62,457 bases of DNA, from positions 1-62,457 of the forward strand of contig CANRPK010000005.1 in assembly GCA_947632455.1 (NCBI GenBank), given 5' to 3'. A model generated the notes under the pieces. It made no database searches. It was given only the letters and a program-made list of their open reading frames with translations, and had not been told where the DNA came from. Shown piece by piece: positions 46,112-56,200 of the stretch. Position 1 is the first letter of the stretch. Each line of letters opens with the position of its first letter. The translations under genes and the position numbers were made by a program. The DNA comes from an uncultured Bacilli bacterium (GTDB lineage Bacteria > Bacillota_I > Bacilli_A > RF39 > UBA660).

Positions 46112-48733
46112 TTAAATTAATTTTTTTATTGTATTATTTATTTTTTTATAAATTTCCATAATTACAATAATTGATAAAGATATTATAAATAAGTATATTA
46201 AATTTTTAATAGGGATAATTCCTACTTGGAAAATCTTAGAGAAAAAAGTTGTTCTAATTATAATTATTTGTAATACTATGGAACTAATAAAAGATAGAGC
46301 AATTAATTTATTTGAGAAAAGTGGAGTTTTAAAAGCTGATTTATGTTCACTTCGACAATTAAATATATGGATATTTTGAATAAATACTAGTAGTGTCATA
46401 ATATAGCCTCTAGCAATGATTAAGTCTAAATTATAAACGTTTAATAATATATACCACACTATAAATAAGATTAAACCAATAATAGTTCCTGAAACAAATA
46501 TTTCTTGAATTAATTCTTTATTAAATATGGATTCTTTTGGATTTCTTACTTTTTCATTAAGAATATCTTCTTCCCCTTTTTCAAAAGATAAAGCAAAATC
46601 TTGAAGGCCATCAGTTACAACATTAATCCACAATAATTGAATAGCAATAAGGGGGATTGGTAAATTAAATAGCATAGCTAATAAGAATAATAAAACTTCG
46701 GATACACCACAAGATATTAAAAAGAGAATAATTTTGCGAATATTAGCATAAGCTATACGTCCTTCTTTAATACCACTTACAATAGATTTAAAATTATCAT
46801 CACTGATTATCATATCAGCTGTTTCACGAGCTATATCAGTGCCACTTCCCATGGCTATACCAATATTAGCAGTTTTTAGAGCAGGTGCATCATTTACTCC
46901 ATCACCTGTAACAGCTGTATAATGGCCCTGACGTTTTAGGGATTCAATAATTTGCAATTTTTGAATAGAAGTTACGCGGGCAAAAACTATTTTATCTTTA
47001 ATATAATTATCAAAGTTAGCTAAGCCTTTCTGATATTCTTTATCTAATTCTAGGCCAGTAGTAACTTCTTTAGGATCATGAGCCAGTTCTAAATCTTTAG
47101 CAATAGATAAAGCAGTTAAAGGATTATCCCCGGTTATCATTAATACTTTAATTCCGGCATTATGACAAGCTTTTATAGCTGGTATGGCTTCTTTACGAAT
47201 AGGATCTATAAAACCTACCATACCCATAAAAGTTAAATTTTTTATATCATCTGTAGTATAAATATTTTTATCAGAAACTTTACCACTAGCAAGCGCTATT
47301 ACTCGGTACCCATTTTTAGATAATTCGGCATTTTGATTATCGACTAAAGTAAAGTTTTTATTATCATCTACTAAATTAATATTTTTACAAAAGCTTTTAA
47401 CTACTTCAATAGAACCTTTTACAGTACAATATCTTTGACCATCTTGTTCATAAAATACCGCTGAATATTTATTTTCGGATTCATAAGGAATAATATCTAA
47501 ACACTTTATTTCGCGAGTATCTACCTTTAATTTTTTACCTAAGACTTTAAATGCAATATCGATTGAATCTCCTAATTTACGATCTTCAGTAATAGTTGCC
47601 TCATTGTTTATAACGCCTAATAAAGCTAAATCTTTAGCTAATTGTAAATCTTTAGTTTGATCTTTATTATCTAAACCAGAAGGAAGAATATTATAGGAAC
47701 TATTATTGGGTAAAAGAATTATTTTTGCCATTTGTTCATTCAGCGTTAAAGTCCCTGTTTTATCACTAGCAATAACAGTACAACTACCTAAAGATTCCGC
47801 GGATTTTAAAGTACGAACTATTACATTTTGTTTAGCCATTTTATTTGAGGAAATAGTAAGTGCCATCGTTAAAGCTAGTGGTAAGCCTTCAGGCATTATA
47901 GATACGGCTAGGGCTATTACTGATAACAATATTTCATGATATGGCACATCTTTAATAATTAATAAAATACCTATTACAATAGAGATGATTAATACTAAAA
48001 GGCTTATTTGTTTAGATAGTTTTTCAACTCTAATAGTTAGTGGCGATTTTTCTTCTTCGACATTATTAATACTATCCGCGATTTTACCGATTTCAGTATT
48101 AAGACCTATACCCACGACTATAGCTTTGGCTCTTCCTGAGGTAACAGTTGTTCCCGAAAAAAGCATATTGGTTTGTTCAGGAATAATAACATTCTTTTGA
48201 TTGATTATCTTACTATTTTTTATTACATTAACACTTTCCCCGGTAAGAACAGATTCATCAACAGTAAAATTATAAGCTTCTACTAGACGCATATCAGCAC
48301 TTATTTTATCTCCGGATTCTAAAATAACATAATCACCTATAGTTAAATCTTCAGCATCAATCATAGTTATTTCTTTTGCTCTAATTACTTTAGATTTAGT
48401 AATTATTAATTGATTTAGAGATTCAGCAGTATGATTAGCTTTATTTTCTTCATAAGTTCCCATGATAGCATCAACTAAAACTATAAAAATTATACTTATA
48501 GCATTGGCATATTCTTTAGTAATAAATGAAACAATTATGGCAAATAATAATAAAATTATCATAGGATCTTTAAATTGATTTAAAAATATAGTTATTAATT
48601 TCGGAGCGTTCTTTTTAGGTAATATATTTTTACCATATTTTTTTTGACGATTAGCTACTTCTTTAAAACTTAAACCTTCATTACTGGTTTTTAATTCTTT
48701 TTCTATTTCTTCGATACTTTTATTATAATACAT
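46112..48733 (-). CDS. cation-translocating P-type ATPase (type II, Ca2+-ATPase-like)
   Basis: TGES, DKTGTLT phosphorylation site, TGDNPLTA, VTGDGVNDAPALK; 873 aa. Confidence 0.92.
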   Translation of the reverse strand: MYYNKSIEEIEKELKTSNEGLSFKEVANRQKKYGKNILPKKNAPKLITIFLNQFKDPMIILLLFAIIVSFITKEYANAISIIFIVLVDAIMGTYEENKANHTAESLNQLIITKSKVIRAKEITMIDAEDLTIGDYVILESGDKISADMRLVEAYNFTVDESVLTGESVNVIKNSKIINQKNVIIPEQTNMLFSGTTVTSGRAKAIVVGIGLNTEIGKIADSINNVEEEKSPLTIRVEKLSKQISLLVLIISIVIGILLIIKDVPYHEILLSVIALAVSIMPEGLPLALTMALTISSNKMAKQNVIVRTLKSAESLGSCTVIASDKTGTLTLNEQMAKIILLPNNSSYNILPSGLDNKDQTKDLQLAKDLALLGVINNEATITEDRKLGDSIDIAFKVLGKKLKVDTREIKCLDIIPYESENKYSAVFYEQDGQRYCTVKGSIEVVKSFCKNINLVDDNKNFTLVDNQNAELSKNGYRVIALASGKVSDKNIYTTDDIKNLTFMGMVGFIDPIRKEAIPAIKACHNAGIKVLMITGDNPLTALSIAKDLELAHDPKEVTTGLELDKEYQKGLANFDNYIKDKIVFARVTSIQKLQIIESLKRQGHYTAVTGDGVNDAPALKTANIGIAMGSGTDIARETADMIISDDNFKSIVSGIKEGRIAYANIRKIILFLISCGVSEVLLFLLAMLFNLPIPLIAIQLLWINVVTDGLQDFALSFEKGEEDILNEKVRNPKESIFNKELIQEIFVSGTIIGLILFIVWYILLNVYNLDLIIARGYIMTLLVFIQNIHIFNCRSEHKSAFKTPLFSNKLIALSFISSIVLQIIIIRTTFFSKIFQVGIIPIKNLIYLFIISLSIIVIMEIYKKINNTIKKLI

Positions 48734-48816
48734 TATATACCTTCCTTTATATTTTATGTTACTTTAATATACGGAATTTACGGTTGCATATTAATTATAT
48801 AATAAAAAAAGATATA

Positions 48817-49509
48817 TCACAAGCAATATATTTTTTTCTTTTTAAGGGTATATGAATAGCTTTCTTTAATTAAAGGAATTATTTCATTATCTAATAAAGT
48901 ATCATCTAAAATAATAGAAATCCAATTTTTTTTATTCATATGATAAGCGGGATAGAAACCTTCTTTTTGAAGTAAAGTATTTATTTCTTCAGGATCTAAT
49001 TTAATATTTATTATCTCTACTTCTCCCCTAGTTTTATTATTTATTTTACTGGCATCAATATTCATAATTAAACCATACCATTTATTAGTATCTTTATTTT
49101 TAAAAGTAGCAAATCTTGGAGCGTTTTCCCATTCAAAATTTGGTTTATCTTTATATTCTTCAAAAATAAATTTAGTAATTCTATTAGTTTGTTTAAATAC
49201 GAAATAATCTTCTTTACAACACTTTTCTTTGATATCTTTTAAAATAGTTTGATAAGCTTCTTTAATGGTTTGGGCATAAATACCGGGAATGGGTTGAAGA
49301 CGAAAATTAGTATATTCTTCTTTGGTATTTAAATCATAAATATTACCTTTAATTAAACCTTTTTTATTTATTTTGATATCTACTTTAAAGTGATTATTAT
49401 TTATATTTTGAGAAAATAGGTAAACATCATTTTCTTTTTTAAAGCCATATGATAATAATTTAGAAAAATCAAATTGGGCTTTTTTAAAAAGTTCTTCCTC
49501 AATAGACAT
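48817..49509 (-). CDS. MmcQ/YjbR family DNA-binding-fold protein with an N-terminal extension
   Basis: C-terminal WYGLIMNI...PAYHMNKKNWISIILD pattern typical of YjbR. Confidence 0.7.
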   Translation of the reverse strand: MSIEEELFKKAQFDFSKLLSYGFKKENDVYLFSQNINNNHFKVDIKINKKGLIKGNIYDLNTKEEYTNFRLQPIPGIYAQTIKEAYQTILKDIKEKCCKEDYFVFKQTNRITKFIFEEYKDKPNFEWENAPRFATFKNKDTNKWYGLIMNIDASKINNKTRGEVEIINIKLDPEEINTLLQKEGFYPAYHMNKKNWISIILDDTLLDNEIIPLIKESYSYTLKKKKIYCL

Positions 49510-49524
49510 CTTAATACCTCATGG

Positions 49525-50499
49525 TTAATTTTGCATTAATATATGTTCACCTTTAATTAAATCATAATTAATTAAATCTGTAGTATCTAAGTTTTCTTTA
49601 AACATATTTATTCCTGTTATTTGACTATTTTCATAAGTTGTATAATAATAAATACCTTGATCCATATTACAACAAGAACTATAAATAGTTATTTCATATT
49701 TATCTTCACCCATATGAACACATCCCCTTTGTTGATATACTGATCCTAAAATATGGAAAAACTGACTAATACTTTCGTTTTCAGAAGAACCAGAAATAGA
49801 ATTCATTTTCGTAAAAGTTGCTTTTACAAATCGAGACGCTGAAGATAAATCTCCAGGTAAGCCTAAGGCTCCCATACCACGACTATAAATATCTAAGTCT
49901 AAATCTTTAGCAAAATTATTGCGAGGTGGTTCTATAGATAAATTCATATAGTTATTTAAATTAAACATATGAATATCAAAAGTAGGATTATTTGTTAAAA
50001 CTCCGACGGGATTATCATATATTTTTAAACCATCTTTTACACTTTCAACAGTAATAGATGTCTCTTTATCAGCGATTATCCAATGAAGTGGTGATGCTGG
50101 AAGGCTCTCACTAAAATTAATTTGAGCAATATTAATATTATTTAATAATTCCTTTACTTCTTTAATATCGGCACATTGAGATAATATCCATGGAATAAAC
50201 TCAAAAGGAGCAATATTATCTTTATTTGTTTGTTCTTCATGATAATAAGCGTTAGTAGGAAAATTTAATCCGGCCATGCCTAGGCCTTTTTCATTTATAG
50301 CATCATAATATAAAGGATAATTATTTTCAACATAAGCCATCCCTATTATAGCGTAATGATTTTTTATTTCTTTTGCTTTCCGAAATTTAAATGAATAATT
50401 TCGAGGAGTTATTGTAACTGTCTCCTTATAAGAATATTCTAAATCTAAATTACGACCAAAATAATGATCTTTTGTTTTATAAGTAATCGCAGTGCACAT
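49525..50499 (-). CDS. choloylglycine (bile salt) hydrolase family Ntn-hydrolase
   Basis: MCTAITYKTKDHYFGRNLD with the nucleophile Cys2. Start moved to the ATG at 50499 so that Cys is residue 2. Confidence 0.88.
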   Translation of the reverse strand: MCTAITYKTKDHYFGRNLDLEYSYKETVTITPRNYSFKFRKAKEIKNHYAIIGMAYVENNYPLYYDAINEKGLGMAGLNFPTNAYYHEEQTNKDNIAPFEFIPWILSQCADIKEVKELLNNINIAQINFSESLPASPLHWIIADKETSITVESVKDGLKIYDNPVGVLTNNPTFDIHMFNLNNYMNLSIEPPRNNFAKDLDLDIYSRGMGALGLPGDLSSASRFVKATFTKMNSISGSSENESISQFFHILGSVYQQRGCVHMGEDKYEITIYSSCCNMDQGIYYYTTYENSQITGINMFKENLDTTDLINYDLIKGEHILMQN

Positions 50500-50581
50500 A
50501 TTATATTTTCCTTTCATTATATATATTATAATAATAGTATATCATGGATACTTAAGAGATGTAAATTAAAAACAATTTATT

Positions 50582-51919
50582 TTACTTTTTTCTTTTTCTT
50601 ACTAATTCTTGAGGCATTTCTTTAGCCATTTGATAATTTTTGTAACTACTATCATCCGTGACTTCTTTAATTATTTTAATAAATTTTGGATTATTAATTT
50701 TTTCATCTTCACTACTTAATTCTATTTCCATGATTGCTTGATTTTGCCATTCAGGGTATACATCTATTTCAAAATATTGATTATTTTCAGTGAGGCAGTA
50801 TCTTGTTTTATGAATGGTGTGCAATCTATTATCGGATTCCATAAGTAAAGCTAAATATTCATTTTGAGTTAGTTTTCTTTCTACTTCTATTCTTTTCAAA
50901 TTAGATATTTTTCTTTTTTCAGTTAAATAATATAAATAATCGCCATCAATTCCTCTAGCTCTTACTCTTCTTTCTATACCATCTTTACTTTTTAGATATG
51001 TTTGAGTAATATCAACTTTAGTACAATTTGGCATACTTTCTAGTTCTTTAATATTTGGGTAGTATATTAAAAATTTTCTTTCTATTTCTAATGGTTCGGG
51101 TTCACCTAAAAATGAAGCTATTTCTTTTAATAATCTTTCTAGTTTTTCTTCAAATTCAGTACTATTATCAATTACTCTAAAATGGGGATGGCCTGTCCAA
51201 GCTGAAATAATTTTGTTATCTAATTTTATGGCTTCCTCAATAGTTTCAGTTCTAGCCGTGTTATTAGCAAGAGTATAAACTTCTTCTTTTCCTTTAGCGG
51301 CACTTACTAAATGAAATATAGCATCATAAGTGTCTCTTTCTTTGGTTTCACTAGTTCCTAACTCTTTTAAAAGACTTTTAAATTCAACATCTTTCATATA
51401 AGCTTTATTATCTAATATACCACGATCACATACTATTAATATTTTATCATTTTTCATTTTTTTAGCGGCATCATCATAAATTTGCTCTTTTATTTTTTGT
51501 AATTTTATCTGGAATGTTTGATAATCATAATTAGTTTCACATGTCCAAGGCGCTATCCCATTTGTAATTAGTTCGGTAGCTGTTTCGGGAACTAATAAAA
51601 CAGAATAACCTCTTTTAGAAAAATAATTATTGATCCAAGTTAAGGCCGTTGTTTTACCAGCGCATGGTCCACCAGTTAAAACAATTTTACTAATTTTAAC
51701 CTCTTTCATTTCCTTTTGACTTTCTAGCAAAGTGTTTAGAGGAACATTATATAGGGTTGATAATAATTTTAGTTTAGCTAAATCCGGTTTAGATTTACCC
51801 ATTTCCCATTTACTTACTGCTTTATCAGTGACATCTAGTTGATATGCGACAAATCTTTGCGTAAGATTGCTTTCTTTTCTTAGTTGATATAAATAATTAC
51901 CAAAATCAATATTATTCAT
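50582..51919 (-). CDS. three-domain protein: XRE HTH + P-loop NadR-RNK-like (AAA_28) + CYTH
   Basis: HTH (SNLTQRFVAYQLDVTDKAVSKWEMGK), Walker A LTGGPCAGKTT, CYTH ExExK signature LEIERKF and a distal acidic IMEIEL. Start moved to the ATG at 51919 (AGGAGA RBS); the ORF-track ATG overlaps a TATAAT box. Confidence 0.8.
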   Translation of the reverse strand: MNNIDFGNYLYQLRKESNLTQRFVAYQLDVTDKAVSKWEMGKSKPDLAKLKLLSTLYNVPLNTLLESQKEMKEVKISKIVLTGGPCAGKTTALTWINNYFSKRGYSVLLVPETATELITNGIAPWTCETNYDYQTFQIKLQKIKEQIYDDAAKKMKNDKILIVCDRGILDNKAYMKDVEFKSLLKELGTSETKERDTYDAIFHLVSAAKGKEEVYTLANNTARTETIEEAIKLDNKIISAWTGHPHFRVIDNSTEFEEKLERLLKEIASFLGEPEPLEIERKFLIYYPNIKELESMPNCTKVDITQTYLKSKDGIERRVRARGIDGDYLYYLTEKRKISNLKRIEVERKLTQNEYLALLMESDNRLHTIHKTRYCLTENNQYFEIDVYPEWQNQAIMEIELSSEDEKINNPKFIKIIKEVTDDSSYKNYQMAKEMPQELVRKRKK

Positions 51920-52042
51920 TTTATCTCTCCTTACAAATACATTATACAATAAAAAATGCTATATTTTATAAGATAACGCTCTACTTTTGGTAGAACTTTA
52001 AAATATTATTTTGATATATATTGTAAGTTTTTAATACTTTAT

Positions 52043-53128
52043 TTAAATGGGAAGATATAATAGGCAGGCTACTTCTAGGATTATTAAAACTATTATTATG
52101 TATTTTTTTATTTTTGGAAAAAGTTTAAATTTTTTGGTAGCGTAAGCATTAAAGCGTGGACTAAATAAAAAGGCAAACGCAATTAAAATTAGTGCAGAAA
52201 ATAAATAAAATAATAACTTTTCATCATGGTAACAATCTACTAAAATCATTCCTATTAAGAAAAAGGCAAGACTAATTATTTTTTTAAAAATATTAATTAA
52301 ATTTTTTTTACCAATTTTGATACTTTTTTTATTTGCAATTTTAGGCTTTATTGTTTTTTCTTCTAATATTGGTTTTTCGATATTAATTATTATATCATTG
52401 TTTGTTAAATTCATTATTTGCATAAATTCTTTTTTTAATTTAGTAAATTGTGGGATGCCAAAACCTTCTATTTCTTCCTTTGGAATATAGATTTTATTTC
52501 CACCAAAAGATATTCCAACAAATAGTTTAAAATATCCACGTTCTTGCATAATATTATTTAATAATTTATTAAATGTAGGAGTAATTTTATCAACACATAT
52601 TATTAATGTAACATACAACTTAAAAGTAGGATTTTTTTTAATAAGATTATAATCACTTTCAATTTTGGGAAAAATTATTTTTTCATACAACTTTTGAAAA
52701 TTACTTTCTTCTAACTCTTTTATTTTAACATTAATAATATAATAAATATTAGATTTAATTTCTCTCTTATAAATTACAAGATCTTCATGGTTATAAAATT
52801 CTTGATAATTAAATTGGATTAAACTTTGATTTAAATATTTATTTAATTCTAAAAAGTTGTTTTGTTTTAATAAAAATTTGTCTGGGATAGATGGTTTAAA
52901 TTTATAAAATATAAGAATTGCTAGTGCAGGCATACCTATTCCCATACTAGAGATAAGATAATATAATATTGTAGTATCTTCAGCTGGCTTATGATATTTA
53001 AAATTATAATAAAACACAAGTATGAAAGAAAAAATAAATAATATTAGAAAACAAGATAAAAAGAATTTAGTAATAAAAATAGCAAGCCTATCTTTATTAA
53101 TTTTTTTAATATAAATAAAATAACACAA
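52043..53128 (-). CDS. orphan membrane protein (2 N-terminal and ~3 C-terminal TM helices around a ~190-aa cytoplasmic domain)
   Basis: Long ORF. TTG start without a clear RBS, and the first in-frame ATG is 61 codons downstream, so the start is uncertain. Confidence 0.55.
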   Translation of the reverse strand: MCYFIYIKKINKDRLAIFITKFFLSCFLILFIFSFILVFYYNFKYHKPAEDTTILYYLISSMGIGMPALAILIFYKFKPSIPDKFLLKQNNFLELNKYLNQSLIQFNYQEFYNHEDLVIYKREIKSNIYYIINVKIKELEESNFQKLYEKIIFPKIESDYNLIKKNPTFKLYVTLIICVDKITPTFNKLLNNIMQERGYFKLFVGISFGGNKIYIPKEEIEGFGIPQFTKLKKEFMQIMNLTNNDIIINIEKPILEEKTIKPKIANKKSIKIGKKNLINIFKKIISLAFFLIGMILVDCYHDEKLLFYLFSALILIAFAFLFSPRFNAYATKKFKLFPKIKKYIIIVLIILEVACLLYLPI

Positions 53129-53346
53129 GAAAGTAGTATTGATAATATTATTATCAGAAGAACTACAATATTGCTTTCGGCAACACTTATATTTTTAATC
53201 ATAATTTACGCTGAAAGAAAATTCTTCAACTGCACCACCTTTAATAATTTTTTAAATCTTTTTATAATATTTACTATTATATCATAAAAAAGTATAGATA
53301 TAATACTATTCTATACTAAATTATATAAGTTAAAATATTGAATTTT

Positions 53347-54471
53347 TTACCATCTACTACAACTTAGATGATATTCTTTGCAGGCATTTTCATCTAGGAG
53401 ATAATGCTCTATCCAAGGCCCAGTACTTTCAAATTGTAAATACCCATTTGGAGGATTGTAAGGAGTAAAAACTAATTTTTCATTATAAATATCTTCATCA
53501 AATACTATGGCAAAAAATAACTTTTCTTGTTCTAATCTGGTATATTCTCCTTTACCCTCATATTTAGCACCTTTTAAATTGCTAATAAAATTAATATCCG
53601 ATTGAGTCATTGGTTCTACACAACTTTTAAAGATATTAAAGTCATTATCTTTAAATAATTCATCTGATTCATTTAAGGTATAATAAAGGATTTTAGCATT
53701 TTTATAATCATTAACATTATTACCATTTTTACTAAATACATAACCTGCATCCATTAACTTTGTAGCACAAGTTTCGGATGGCTTTTTTATAATATTTATA
53801 TCATAAAACGTGTAAAAAATATTATCATTTAAATTAAAATCATATTTTATTTGCTCGGGAGTATTAGTCTCAGGATCAGTTTGATTTTTTATGCACTCAC
53901 AATTTTGTTCATCTAAGGTATAACCATTATCACATTTTAAGCTACAACCATTATTTTCTTGAGGTATTTCGTTCATATCTTCGGTTTGAACGATATTTAT
54001 TATAAAATTCCATTTTGATAATTCTTCGTTAGTATTTTTATATTCTTCAAAATTTTGCCAATCACTTGTTATGCTTACATGATCAAAAACAATTTCATTT
54101 TCTCTGGCTGTTTGAGCTATTTTAACTAACACATCACTTAATATTCCACCTGTTTTAGTAAAATCTATATCACTATATATTTTTTTAGCATCATCATTTT
54201 CTAAAACATAATTTTTTACGACTGGTTCTTCACATGTATATTCTTCATTTTTTTTATAACATTTTTGCTCAAATGATAATTTTATTAGGGGATTAATACT
54301 TACATAGGCACTATAACTTTTTATTTCAATTTTAGGATTAGAATTTGGTTTTTCAGTACTAATATCCTTTTTAAAAAAGGAGAAAAAGATACAGCCCAAT
54401 ATAATTACTAACAATAATACAGCACCTATAATTATAAATTTTTTACTTTTTATTAATTCATTAAACTTCAT
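53347..54471 (-). CDS. orphan membrane-anchored, Cys-rich extracytoplasmic protein
   Basis: N-terminal TM anchor and scattered Cys pairs (CYKKNEEYTC, CSLKCDNGYTLDEQNCEC). No known motif. Confidence 0.65.
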   Translation of the reverse strand: MKFNELIKSKKFIIIGAVLLLVIILGCIFFSFFKKDISTEKPNSNPKIEIKSYSAYVSINPLIKLSFEQKCYKKNEEYTCEEPVVKNYVLENDDAKKIYSDIDFTKTGGILSDVLVKIAQTARENEIVFDHVSITSDWQNFEEYKNTNEELSKWNFIINIVQTEDMNEIPQENNGCSLKCDNGYTLDEQNCECIKNQTDPETNTPEQIKYDFNLNDNIFYTFYDINIIKKPSETCATKLMDAGYVFSKNGNNVNDYKNAKILYYTLNESDELFKDNDFNIFKSCVEPMTQSDINFISNLKGAKYEGKGEYTRLEQEKLFFAIVFDEDIYNEKLVFTPYNPPNGYLQFESTGPWIEHYLLDENACKEYHLSCSRW

Positions 54472-54614
54472 AATACTACCCTTCTTAAAATTATTATATA
54501 TTATTTATAGTAATTTTAAATTATCATATTTTTATTGATATGTAAATACACAATATATTAAAAATAATATATATTTTAGCAGATGATCAATATGATTTAT
54601 TAAATTTTTATTTA

Positions 54615-55121
54615 TTAAGATAATATAAAGGCGATAGTATTACAAATAACAGCAATTAAAAATATTAGGCCGGTTATTAAATCAGTTTTATCTTTTTTTG
54701 TTTTATAACGTCCTAAAAAAGTAATGCAGTTATAAGCACATAGCAGGCTAACAATAGAGGCCATATTTGTATCTTTAAGAAATGATATTAGTATTAGAAT
54801 GATCGAAAATAGGGCCATACCAATAATTCCATATTTCATAGATTTTAAATTTACTAATTCTGTTAATTTGATGATATTTTCTTCACTCTTTTTTTCAATA
54901 TCTTTGTTTTCTATAATTTCCCCAGCTAGGATATCATTTACACTCACTTCTAACATATTGCTTAGCGGTTTTAATAAAGACATATCCATTAAACATAATC
55001 CTCGTTCCCATTTTGAAACAGCATTTTTAGTAATACCTAATTTTTCAGCTAGTTCTTCTTGGGTCATTTCTTTTAATTTTCTTTGTTTAGCAATAAATTT
55101 GCCTATTTTTTCTTGATCCAT
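54615..55121 (-). CDS. membrane-tethered XRE-HTH regulator (HTH + 3 TM helices)
   Basis: MDQEKIGKFIAKQRKLKEMTQEELAEKLGITKNAVSKWERG; paralogous to the N-terminus of 58547..59698. Confidence 0.8.
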   Translation of the reverse strand: MDQEKIGKFIAKQRKLKEMTQEELAEKLGITKNAVSKWERGLCLMDMSLLKPLSNMLEVSVNDILAGEIIENKDIEKKSEENIIKLTELVNLKSMKYGIIGMALFSIILILISFLKDTNMASIVSLLCAYNCITFLGRYKTKKDKTDLITGLIFLIAVICNTIAFILS

Positions 55122-55242
55122 ATTTGGCTCCTTTCAAGAAAAACTATAACATTTAAGCATTAGTTTTTAAACATACCAAAGGTTTACTTTAAAAATTGGC
55201 CTTACTGAATTTTTTATTATTAGATATTTAATTCATCTAAAG

Positions 55243-56118
55243 TTAAATTACTTTTTTCCAGAGCATTTTATTATCTTTAAATGCATAACATATTTTATTT
55301 TCATCAGCTAAATATGATAAATATGATCTTATTGTGCTTCCTACAAGAACATATTGATTTGCATTCATTGTTAGGCTGTATTCATCAAATATATATTTTA
55401 ATATTTCTTCAAAGGTTGTTTCTTTTTCACAGGTATTATATATTTTATTTATAATCTCGTTTACTTTATTTCTATTAAGTTTAATTAAAGAGGAAATATT
55501 GCTTGTTGCTTCACAATGGGATGGAATATATAAAATTCCATTTAACGTATTTAAATAATCTAAAGTATTTAAAAACTCTCTTACATCATATATGAAAAAT
55601 AAATGATATTTAGAAATTGTTTCTTCACTAAATAAAGCATCCGCCAAAAAATATACATTATCACTTGTTTTAATTCCTATCATATCAAAGAAATGACCTT
55701 TTAAAGAAAAGTATTCTAATCCTTCTGGAAGATTATTTTCTATTGGCGTTACAACTGATTCTTTTGCTAATAAAAATTTATTTCTAATATCTTTAAATGG
55801 ATAACCACCATATAAGAATGATGCTTCTAATATAGGAAATTCTGAAAAAGATTTTTCAATATTATGAGCAAGTATAGGACAATTAGTTCTATCTTGAATT
55901 ACTTTATTTCCTCCAATATGATCTGCATTTGAATGAGTATTTATGATTCCTTTAACATTCCATCCTTGTTCATCAATAATTTTTAATATTTTCTTTCCGG
56001 CATCTTTATCATTTCCTGTATCTATAATATAGACATTTTTATCATCTGTTTTATATATACCAATATTAGTGGCATTTTTTATATAATAAGTTTTCTCTGT
56101 AATTTTTACTAATTCCAT
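55243..56118 (-). CDS. MBL-fold metallo-hydrolase
   Basis: INTHSNADHIGGN (HxHxDH-type motif). Start moved to the ATG at 56118 (AGGA RBS); the ORF-track start is a TTG. Confidence 0.85.
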   Translation of the reverse strand: MELVKITEKTYYIKNATNIGIYKTDDKNVYIIDTGNDKDAGKKILKIIDEQGWNVKGIINTHSNADHIGGNKVIQDRTNCPILAHNIEKSFSEFPILEASFLYGGYPFKDIRNKFLLAKESVVTPIENNLPEGLEYFSLKGHFFDMIGIKTSDNVYFLADALFSEETISKYHLFFIYDVREFLNTLDYLNTLNGILYIPSHCEATSNISSLIKLNRNKVNEIINKIYNTCEKETTFEEILKYIFDEYSLTMNANQYVLVGSTIRSYLSYLADENKICYAFKDNKMLWKKVI

Positions 56119-56163
56119 AAACAATCCTATCTATAATTTTTTTCTTATTAAAGATTATATCAT

Positions 56164-56195
56164 GAAAATAGCAAACTTTATATATTGTTTGCTAT
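56164..56195 (-). terminator. terminator after the DUF4097 gene
   Basis: 9-bp stem atagcaaac/gtttgctat followed by a T-run on the minus strand. Confidence 0.55.
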
Positions 56196-56200
56196 TTATT

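Noticed and set aside
53129-53210. Suspected frameshift/phase-variable A7 tract joining an upstream ATG (53201) to the 52043..53128 ORF
   Set aside because: On re-reading base by base, the upstream frame is only 15 codons long (MIKNISVAESNIVVF) and ends in TGA TAA TAA. The main frame is closed by TAG at 53162..53164. No single-base slip in the A-run joins them.
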